58,452 nucleotides of DNA, taken from contig DAOUWT010000001.1 of NCBI GenBank assembly GCA_030666985.1, forward strand, positions 1-58,452, in the 5' to 3' direction. Source of the DNA: Chloroflexota bacterium. Its GTDB lineage: Bacteria; Chloroflexota; Anaerolineae; Anaerolineales; UBA11858. A program made the translations under genes and the position numbers. Positions 51,348 through 58,452 of this stretch are shown here, in pieces (within the stretch, counting starts at the first letter, position 1; every line of letters begins with the position of its first letter). The notes under the pieces were generated by a model. That model worked only from the letters and a program-made list of their open reading frames with translations. It made no database searches and was not told the DNA's origin.

Positions 51348-51572
51348 GTGAGTCTAAATTTACGTGAACACAGCAAGCAAACGAATAAACGCCTTTTAGT
51401 CGGTTTTTTTGTGCTGGTCTTTTTGGTGGGGGATGGCCTGATTTATTCGCTCTATGGAAAGGCTTCCGCGCTGATGGGCCTGATATGCCTGCTGGGAGCG
51501 ATGGTCCCGGTATTAGGGGTTGCGGCGTTTTTCTGGGTCTTGGAGAAGGTGGTGAAGGGGAGGGATGGTTAA
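51348..51572 (+). CDS. Small two-TM membrane protein (hypothetical)
   Basis: 74 aa with a GTG start and two hydrophobic helices (LLVGFFVLVFLVGDGLIY; LMGLICLLGAMVPVLGVAAFFWVL). No family recognised. Confidence 0.45.
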   Translation: MSLNLREHSKQTNKRLLVGFFVLVFLVGDGLIYSLYGKASALMGLICLLGAMVPVLGVAAFFWVLEKVVKGRDG

Positions 51573-51842
51573 TGGGGAATGGTGAATTGTGAATGGTTAA
51601 TGGGGCATGGGAGCGGGGGGCGTTTCGTTGTTCTATTGTTGCGTTTCACCTTAAAGCATGCTATACTGAATTGCAGTATTCCTAAAAACGACAGTTTAGG
51701 TGGCTATTTTGCTGTACATACTCCGATTCAGGGGAACTTGCAATAGATATGCGGTTTGGTTAGGGGGAAATTGCTGTAAAATAGTTATCTGAATATTGGA
51801 CATTTAATTTTTCGTTAATAAATTCATTGAGTGGAGGACAAC

Positions 51843-54800
51843 ATGGATATTATATTGATTATTTCAATCATTTCTGCAATAGTGGGAATCATTGGATTTA
51901 TCATTCAGTTATTGATTGATCAAGAACGTATCTTGAATTTACGCCAGAATCCTGAAGCGAAAAAGATTTTTACCCTAATTATTCTTCTTAGTATTATAGT
52001 AGCCATATTTGATATTTTTATTCTACCTAAAAGTGAATTTATTAATTGGCAGCCGATCACATATCAACAAAAGGAAACTGATCTATCTACAATTGGCAAT
52101 GTTAGATTACGTCAAGAATCACGCACTTTAAATTTTAGGACCACTCAATTTGAAACGAAGACCTTGCTTTCTGATGAAATATTTCCTACAACCTTTGCTA
52201 TTCAAAAAGCTAAAGACCGGAAAGTATATTATGTAGGGACATATGGAGCAGGATTGTATTCATCTACAAATCTACTGGACTGGAAATTTATTGGACTTGA
52301 TGATCTTGTTATAACAAAGATAATAGTAGATCAATATTATGATGAAAAAATGTGGGCTGCAACTAACTTGGGAGTAGCTATTACAGAAGATGGCGGGAAC
52401 AATTGGGAAATTTTGGGTCCAGTCAAGGATATTATTACAGACTTGGCTTATAACCCAGACAAGCCTAATGAAATGTTAGCTGGTACGTTAAATGGTATTT
52501 ACTATTCAGCGGACGGCTCTCAAACTTGGATTGGACCAATTCTTGAAGGCGAGGTTGTCACTTCGGTCAGTTACTCACCAAGTAATCCAAATAAAGTTTA
52601 TATAAGTTGTTTACATGGAGCGATTTTTCGCAGTGATAATGGCGGAATGGAGTGGAAATTAATTCGAGAATCCGATGATGAAGGATCTTCACCAATAGCC
52701 GTTGATTTAAACAATGAGAATGTTGTGTATATTGCTCCTAGTGATTATGGGATTTTTCGCACCACTGATGGCGGTGAAGAATGGGAATACTTGGGCTTGA
52801 ACGGTGTTTCAATCTCCTCTATTCTACTATCTAAAGGTTCAAGTCAAATCATTTTTGTTGGAACAGACGATCGTAAAGGTCTGTTTTATAGCGTAGATGG
52901 TGGTGAACATTGGAGAAATAATGGTAAGTTATTAGATGAAGTACTTTCTATTATTGAGGATGAAGGAAATCCTGGAGTGGTCTTAGTTGCTACTCTTACA
53001 AATGGCGTTATTTCATCACAAGATTTTGGAAATAGCTGGGACGCACTTGGATTAAGTGCAATAAAATCGGGCACAGACTTTGATATTAAGGAACTTCAAG
53101 TCTGGGGAAAAAACTACAATTATCTATTATCTTACTCCTATTATGTACACGGTTTGTTTGAAAGTCGAGATGGAGGCTATTCTTGGACCCCGCTTCCTGG
53201 AAATAGTGAATTATTTAAATATGATATTCGGAGGTTAGCCGTTGACTCGTCGGATATGAATCATCTAATAATTAGTGTGCACGGGGGAGAAGTTCTAGAA
53301 TCGTTTGACGGGGGTAGCTCTTGGAAATCTATAACAGGTAATTTGCCACTTGATGGTTATGCTCCCATTAGTTTCGCTGGAGATGGCCTTTTGTTTTCAG
53401 GACCAAGTAATCGGGGCGTTTGGCGAAAAAGAACAGGCGAAAACAAATGGGAGCAATCTGGGCTTGGAGGTTTTTCAATCGAACACCTTTGGGTAGAATA
53501 TGGAGGGGAAATAATTTATGCTTTAGACAATAAAGGGGTATTACATACTAGCAAAGATCTTGGAAATAATTGGTCTGATAGTTTCATGTTTTTTCATTCT
53601 GTTGCTATTCATCCTGGAAATTATGAGAATATAGTGGGAATAACAGAAAGTTATGATGTGGTTGTGAGCGCAAATGGTGGGGATACTTGGTCAAAGCGTG
53701 GTAGTCTACTTGCGATTACTAAATATGAGCAACCGTACATTCTTGCGTCTAATGAACCGGGGAACTTCTATATAACATTAGGGCAAATCTTGTTAACAAG
53801 TTCAGACGAAGGATTGACATGGCTGGAACATGATTTGCCTGAAGGTGGCAGGCTAGGAGCAGTTAGCGGAAATTCAATTTATTATATTGGGGACGAGGCT
53901 TTGTATGCAAGTAAGACAGAGGGTGAAGATTTCCAACCGGTTAGGTATAAGACGTTAATCACTTCATCGACTAAATCCTTGCAATTAAGTAATGAAATCT
54001 ATTTACTGGGAACATCATCTAATGGTATCTTTATTAGTTATGATGCAACAGAAAGTTGGAACCAAACAACGTTAGGTGCGGGAAATAAAGTATTAGCGTT
54101 AGAAAAAATTTCTGAGCCGAAAGACTTAATTTTAGCTTTAATAGCAAATGATTCTGGGGTTAGTATCGCTAGTTCAAGTGACGGTATAGTTTGGTCAGTA
54201 AAAGATACTAAATGTAAATCATATCCTCCATATTATGGATATTTTAAGAATATAAAATATCAATTGGGGTCAATATGGAAATTTGAGTGTTCTGATCCGG
54301 TAGGACTGATGGTGATCAAACCTAATGAAAACTATTCAGAATACTTGATTGATACACAAGATGTCTCGAACTATTCAGATGCTTTATTTATAGCTGAAGA
54401 TAATGTATATTTATTAAAATCATCCTATAGTGAAGTTTTGGTTTATCGTACAACCGACCTGGGGAAGAAATGGCGTCCAGTAGGTTATTTTAATGGATAT
54501 TATCAATGGGAGTTTACAAACGATCTTCGATCTGAGGGTATACTACTGGTAAAAGATGGTGGCGTAATAGCAGGAAGTCTAAAGCCCGAACATACACAAC
54601 CTATAATCACTTATGTGGCTTTAACACTTTTTTGTATTCTTTGTGGCATTGTGATCTACAAGCCAAATATTTCACGACGTCTACTATTGGATTTGAAAAG
54701 ATCGCTTTCATGGACATTTACTCAAGCAAAGTTAGGCGATGAAAAATTAAGCGGATACTATGCTTTGCTAATCTTTCCCACATTATTAGTAATTACAATC

Positions 54801-55478
54801 TTGTTTTATCAAATGGTTCCCCAATCCACAATAATATCAAGTCTAATTGTTGAGCATAACCTAAATAATTTAGTTTATCTATTTGAACGTAAGCTTTCTC
54901 AAGCTCAATTTAACTTATTTACAAGAGATGGGTCCCTTTTGGTTTCCGTGTTTTTGTCATACTTCTGCATTATCATCACCACAACATTTATTTTGATTGC
55001 AGTAGGGAGTAATAAAGTGGAAGATAAACCCGACTATGTTAAGAAATTCACTAGTCTTTATATAGATACATTTGTGAGTAGTTTGTCTGTATTCATCACA
55101 AGTTTTTCCTTACTTTGTTTTATTGGAGTTATTATAAGTTCTAATATACACGTTATTGAACAGACGTTTTTGGGTATACCGACAAAAAGATGGGTTAGCC
55201 TAATTGCTATTGCCTTATTTTATAAAATTATGTCAGTTGCGATAATTCGAGTTGTCGATTATACGCATATTAAAATAAAAAAATTAACACTCTCATTTGT
55301 AGTAGCAACTGTTGTGATTTCGTTGGTATCAGAACTCTTTCTAAAAATGATAATTTCAACATTTCCAGGAAAATTTACATCTGCCTTGGGAACAATCCCA
55401 ATCATATCCTTTGGCTTTGCATCAATTTTTCTGATGATCTTATTTACAATGCTAAATCCCAGTATCCAGAAAAGTTGA
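51843..55478 (+). CDS. Large membrane protein: N-terminal TM, ~14 BNR/Asp-box repeats (probable tandem beta-propellers), C-terminal ~7-TM domain
   Basis: 14 S/T-x-D-x-G-x-x-W motifs (TEDGGNNW, SADGSQTW, SDNGGMEW, TTDGGEEW, SVDGGEHW, SQDFGNSW, SRDGGYSW, SFDGGSSW, SKDLGNNW, SANGGDTW, SSDEGLTW, SYDATESW, SSDGIVW, TTDLGKKW). Hydrophobic helices lie at both ends. The gene is strongly AT-rich. I prefer ATG 51843 over GTG 51831. Confidence 0.85.
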   Translation: MDIILIISIISAIVGIIGFIIQLLIDQERILNLRQNPEAKKIFTLIILLSIIVAIFDIFILPKSEFINWQPITYQQKETDLSTIGNVRLRQESRTLNFRTTQFETKTLLSDEIFPTTFAIQKAKDRKVYYVGTYGAGLYSSTNLLDWKFIGLDDLVITKIIVDQYYDEKMWAATNLGVAITEDGGNNWEILGPVKDIITDLAYNPDKPNEMLAGTLNGIYYSADGSQTWIGPILEGEVVTSVSYSPSNPNKVYISCLHGAIFRSDNGGMEWKLIRESDDEGSSPIAVDLNNENVVYIAPSDYGIFRTTDGGEEWEYLGLNGVSISSILLSKGSSQIIFVGTDDRKGLFYSVDGGEHWRNNGKLLDEVLSIIEDEGNPGVVLVATLTNGVISSQDFGNSWDALGLSAIKSGTDFDIKELQVWGKNYNYLLSYSYYVHGLFESRDGGYSWTPLPGNSELFKYDIRRLAVDSSDMNHLIISVHGGEVLESFDGGSSWKSITGNLPLDGYAPISFAGDGLLFSGPSNRGVWRKRTGENKWEQSGLGGFSIEHLWVEYGGEIIYALDNKGVLHTSKDLGNNWSDSFMFFHSVAIHPGNYENIVGITESYDVVVSANGGDTWSKRGSLLAITKYEQPYILASNEPGNFYITLGQILLTSSDEGLTWLEHDLPEGGRLGAVSGNSIYYIGDEALYASKTEGEDFQPVRYKTLITSSTKSLQLSNEIYLLGTSSNGIFISYDATESWNQTTLGAGNKVLALEKISEPKDLILALIANDSGVSIASSSDGIVWSVKDTKCKSYPPYYGYFKNIKYQLGSIWKFECSDPVGLMVIKPNENYSEYLIDTQDVSNYSDALFIAEDNVYLLKSSYSEVLVYRTTDLGKKWRPVGYFNGYYQWEFTNDLRSEGILLVKDGGVIAGSLKPEHTQPIITYVALTLFCILCGIVIYKPNISRRLLLDLKRSLSWTFTQAKLGDEKLSGYYALLIFPTLLVITILFYQMVPQSTIISSLIVEHNLNNLVYLFERKLSQAQFNLFTRDGSLLVSVFLSYFCIIITTTFILIAVGSNKVEDKPDYVKKFTSLYIDTFVSSLSVFITSFSLLCFIGVIISSNIHVIEQTFLGIPTKRWVSLIAIALFYKIMSVAIIRVVDYTHIKIKKLTLSFVVATVVISLVSELFLKMIISTFPGKFTSALGTIPIISFGFASIFLMILFTMLNPSIQKS

Positions 55479-55663
55479 AAAACATGTTTTGTTGTTGCCT
55501 CAATAAATTGCAGTATTACCTGCAAGAGGTGCCGCGTTGACGATTGATGGCCAGTCGCACGTTGCTGGATGCTGCTCTCGTACATCCATCTGGATGCGTA
55601 TAATGGTACGACCTGAATAATCCATTCCCTCTTGCTTACCAGGGCGTTTTATGGAGGTTTTCT

Positions 55664-56089
55664 ATGAGCAACCAAGACATCCGCTGGATTCAACGATTCA
55701 ATCACTTCATAAAAGTCTTTTCGCAATTGAAAGAGGCCGTAGAGTTGGCTCAACAGCGGCCTCTCTCAAGATTAGAAGAACAAGGACTAATCCAGGCTTT
55801 TGAATATACACATGAACTGGCTTGGAAGACGTTAAAAGACTTTCTTGAAAACAGCGGCGTTCGGAATCTCTATGGCTCAAAAGACGCCACACGAGCTGCT
55901 TTCCGCGTGGGCTTGATAGCGAAAGGCAATATTTGGATGGATATGATTACCAGCCGTAATTTGACCTCACACACTTACGACGAGGCTACTGCCGCAGAGA
56001 TAGCTTCAGCCACTATTGGGGGCTACTTTAGTGAATTCACGGCTTTGCGAACTACCCTGGAAAGCAAAAAACAAGAAGCGTCCCTATGA
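55664..56089 (+). CDS. HEPN domain protein, HI0074 family
   Basis: LIQAFEYTHELAWKTLKDFL and the Rx4H motif RNLTSH. GGAGG RBS. Confidence 0.85.
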   Translation: MSNQDIRWIQRFNHFIKVFSQLKEAVELAQQRPLSRLEEQGLIQAFEYTHELAWKTLKDFLENSGVRNLYGSKDATRAAFRVGLIAKGNIWMDMITSRNLTSHTYDEATAAEIASATIGGYFSEFTALRTTLESKKQEASL

Positions 56090-56391
56090 AATATGGCTTG
56101 AAAGAAACCACTATCGAAAAAATCACCGCTGTTCTTGCCCGCTATCCACAAGTGGAGGAAGCGATTTTATACGGCTCACGGGCCATGGGAAATTATAAGA
56201 CCGATTCCGATATTGACCTTACTCTCTGCGGCGGAGCAGACCTGACGCTCAAAGTTCTGTATAGAATTATGAACGAAATAGATGATTTGCTACTCCCCTA
56301 TACCTTTGACCTGTCCATTTTTAATGACATCAGTGACGCCGATGTGGTGGAACATATTCAGCGTGTGGGTGTTACTTTCTATAAAAAATGA
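56086..56391 (+). CDS. Minimal nucleotidyltransferase (MNT)
   Basis: ILYGSRAMGNYKTDSDIDLTL (GSxxxG...SDxD). ATGA overlaps at both ends. Confidence 0.85.
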   Translation: MKYGLKETTIEKITAVLARYPQVEEAILYGSRAMGNYKTDSDIDLTLCGGADLTLKVLYRIMNEIDDLLLPYTFDLSIFNDISDADVVEHIQRVGVTFYKK

Positions 56392-57131
56392 AAGCAAAAA
56401 AACCACTTGGTAGAAAAAATTACGGCCATATCCCCCACCTCCCTGGCAGCCGCATGGGACCGGGCGACCACTCGTGCCCCGAGGGGCAGGCCCGAATTGC
56501 TACCCTGAAAGCACGAGACAGGCACGACGACATCATCGTGCAAGAGAAAGTAGATGGCTCGAATGTCGGCGTAGCCCGCCTGGGGGATAGTATCTACCCC
56601 CTGGGACGCGCGGGCTATTTGGCTGCGTCGTCACCCTTCGAGCAGCACCGCCATTTCAGCAATTGGGCTTACGAGAATTTTCAGCGCTTCATGGCCGTCC
56701 TGGAAGATGGTGAGCGCATTGCCGGTGAATGGCTAATGCAGGTCCATGGCACAAAATACGAGCTAGTCCACGAGCCGTTTGTAGCATTCGATATTTTGGT
56801 CGGGAGCACACGGATGCCGTTCGATGAATTTTCTTCGCGGGCAGAAAAAGGGGATTTTATCCTGCCGGCCCTGCTCCATCGCGGTGGGCCGTTTAGCATA
56901 GAAAGTGCCATGAAAAAAATAAATACCTACGGCTTTCACGGAGCGCAAGAACCAGTAGAGGGCGCAGTGTGGCGCGTCGAGAGAGATAAGATCATTGACC
57001 GAAGAAAAGGTGGAGAACGCCGCCGCGTGGTAGACTTCCTTGTCAAATATGTTCGCCCTGACAAAATTGATGGCAAATATCTTGATGAAAATATCTGGAA
57101 CGCTGGGGTGGATCGCTTTCTTTCTATTTAG
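56388..57131 (+). CDS. ATP-dependent RNA ligase-family protein (covalent nucleotidyltransferase superfamily, minimal single-domain form)
   Basis: Motif I QEKVDGSNVG (KxDGxN), motif III IAGEWL, motif IV FVAFDIL, motif V EGAVWRVE / LVKYVRPD. 247 aa. Confidence 0.8.
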   Translation: MKAKKPLGRKNYGHIPHLPGSRMGPGDHSCPEGQARIATLKARDRHDDIIVQEKVDGSNVGVARLGDSIYPLGRAGYLAASSPFEQHRHFSNWAYENFQRFMAVLEDGERIAGEWLMQVHGTKYELVHEPFVAFDILVGSTRMPFDEFSSRAEKGDFILPALLHRGGPFSIESAMKKINTYGFHGAQEPVEGAVWRVERDKIIDRRKGGERRRVVDFLVKYVRPDKIDGKYLDENIWNAGVDRFLSI

Positions 57132-57157
57132 GGATGTCCAAAAAATAATCTATCCCA

Positions 57158-57258
57158 CTGTGAAACGTAATTCGTGATACGTGAAGAGCTTTTGTCACGT
57201 TTTACGCCTCACGTTTTACGCCTCACGTCTTCACGCCTCACGTCTTCACACCTCACAG
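57158..57258. repeat. GTGAAACG words facing a 14-15-nt tandem repeat (CCTCACGTTTTACG x2, CCTCACGTCTTCACG x2)
   Basis: ctgtgaaacgtaattcgtgatacgtgaagag-cttttg-tcacgttttacgcctcacgttttacgcctcacgtcttcacgcctcacgtcttcacacctcacag. It overlaps the stop of the 4Fe-4S gene. Confidence 0.85.
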
Positions 57259-58338
57259 CACCACGTTTATATCTATCCCCCGCTCTGCGGCGCGTTGCTC
57301 TCCCCACTCACGTTCGGTGGCGGGGACGGGTAAGATTTCGTCTTCGGGACGCCGCACCAGGATCAGGGCTTCCTCCGGGCAGGCAGGAACGCATACGCCG
57401 CACCCCACGCAACTTACCTCTTTGACCACGATTAACCCATCATCCTCGTCCAGAGTGAGGGCGTTGAATTGGCAATAATCCACGCATATCTCGCATCCCA
57501 GGCATAAATCTTCGTCCACCTGATTGACAAAAGCCGACCGGGCGACGACGTTGGCTATCCCCATCTCAGACATTCCCCGCAAAATGCCGCAGGAGCAAGT
57601 GCAGCAATTGCAAATATACGTGTTGCCCTCTTGAGTATTGCTCACTGAATGCACTAAACCGGCATCGGCTGCCCGCTTGAGAGTTGCCAGGGCTTCTGCT
57701 TGCGTTTGGGCTTGGATGACGGGATTGTTATCAAATACGCCGGGGCGTTTACTGAGGACCATGCACACATCCAGGGGATGCTCACAGGGATTGCCGATGA
57801 GGGCTTGTTGTACCCGGCAGATACAATCCACCACGCCCCAAGCATTGGCGCCGGTCACAATATCAGCCGCGCTCTCGAAGGGGCCTATTTCCATGCCTGT
57901 TTGGATGGTCTCACTCACGGGAATGACTCGTTGAAATGGAGGAGTTACACCCAGTACATGACTAAATGCTTGCTGGTAATAGTCTTCAAATACCTGGGCC
58001 ATTTCAGCGTCCAGAGTAGCGAATTGCATTTCATAAATTCCCACCACGAAGGGCATTATTCCATAGCCTAATCCATTCTCTGTTCGCCCGACCTCAATAA
58101 GCATTTTGCGAGCCAAACCCTTGAGTAAATTCCGTACCACTTTTGGGTCACCGCCTATGCGCTCAGCCACTTCTTTTGAGGTTTCCAACGTTATTCGTAA
58201 TTGGGACGCCAAAGCGGCCTCTTCGGGAGTGAAGATCATTTCCAGGAGACGCAATTCCGCGCCATCCTCTGTAGGCGGGAATCCGTTGGGGAGGGAATCC
58301 AGGCGGGTGGCTAGTTGTTGGTAGGGGGAGGGGGTCAT
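57253..58338 (-). CDS. 4Fe-4S dicluster domain protein with an additional Cys-rich motif
   Basis: CLGCEICVDYC and CVGCGVCVPACP ferredoxin motifs, plus ICNCCTCSCG. 361 aa. Confidence 0.85.
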   Translation of the reverse strand: MTPSPYQQLATRLDSLPNGFPPTEDGAELRLLEMIFTPEEAALASQLRITLETSKEVAERIGGDPKVVRNLLKGLARKMLIEVGRTENGLGYGIMPFVVGIYEMQFATLDAEMAQVFEDYYQQAFSHVLGVTPPFQRVIPVSETIQTGMEIGPFESAADIVTGANAWGVVDCICRVQQALIGNPCEHPLDVCMVLSKRPGVFDNNPVIQAQTQAEALATLKRAADAGLVHSVSNTQEGNTYICNCCTCSCGILRGMSEMGIANVVARSAFVNQVDEDLCLGCEICVDYCQFNALTLDEDDGLIVVKEVSCVGCGVCVPACPEEALILVRRPEDEILPVPATEREWGEQRAAERGIDINVVL

Positions 58339-58420
58339 TTTATACCTCGGAGGGGGAGAGAAGCAGGGGGTCTGGGGAACGGGGAAGACGCGGGGGTGGG
58401 GAGACGACCAGCGAGACCAG
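58339..58420. repeat. G-rich short-period repeat (GGGGA/GGGGT words)
   Basis: cggagggggagagaagcagggggtctggggaacggggaagacgcgggggtggggagacg. It resembles 589-642. Confidence 0.7.
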
Positions 58421-58452
58421 GTAGACTATTTGGACCGAAAGAGTGTAACATA

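Noticed and set aside
55575-55604. Promoter plus CATCCA-tc-TGGATG palindrome upstream of the HEPN-MNT-ligase triad (TATAAT at 55599-55604)
   Set aside because: The -10 is perfect but there is no acceptable -35 at 16-19 nt, and the palindrome has only 6-bp arms. That is too weak to list as a feature, though it is a reasonable place to look for autoregulation.

Overview
58.4-kb chromosomal window with about 40 credible protein genes. By eye I found no rRNA, tRNA, CRISPR array, transposase or integrase. My guess at the source is a filamentous Chloroflexota-like bacterium, based only on Pro/Thr-linker giant surface proteins, gene content and unusual intergenic repeats. Left to right: a DtxR-FeoA-FeoB iron module, plsY and a TPR gene; then a tight Roadblock/LC7 - V4R - REC/degenerate-GGDEF - GT2 operon; then convergent folA-thyA. 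Next comes a ~14-kb minus-strand string of nine genes: DUF4388, Ras-like GTPase, alpha/beta hydrolase, hexapeptide-repeat protein, acyl-ACP-reductase-like protein, REC/degenerate-GGDEF, a 2293-aa 10-GAF histidine kinase, REC, and a serine-less alpha/beta hydrolase. After that: a two-gene TA-like cassette bracketed by an ~81-nt hairpin repeat; an MNT-HEPN pair; and a visibly AT-richer 2815-aa secreted giant protein (SH3b + M23 peptidase, 7-blade propeller, two plant-type LRR blocks, FN3, cohesin-dockerin-cohesin). Envelope genes follow (four-repeat secreted protein, TolB-like lipoprotein, poly-Gly-tailed protein, 809-aa polytopic membrane protein). Then TetR; a heterodimeric ABC exporter plus MarR; an AT-rich DUF4143-type ATPase; an MBL hydrolase; a patatin; and an AT-rich 1.2-kaa BNR/Asp-box protein fused to a polytopic membrane domain. 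The window ends with a translationally coupled HEPN-MNT-RNA-ligase triad and a 4Fe-4S protein. Almost every intergenic spacer holds short-period (7-8 nt) tandem repeats, often with inverted partners. Several long ORFs in the supplied track are translations of these repeats. The best candidates for something undescribed are the GTPase/lipid-enzyme/10-GAF kinase string with its Roadblock-V4R partner operon, the HEPN-MNT-ligase triad, the giant lytic LRR/cohesin-dockerin protein, and the BNR-membrane fusion.
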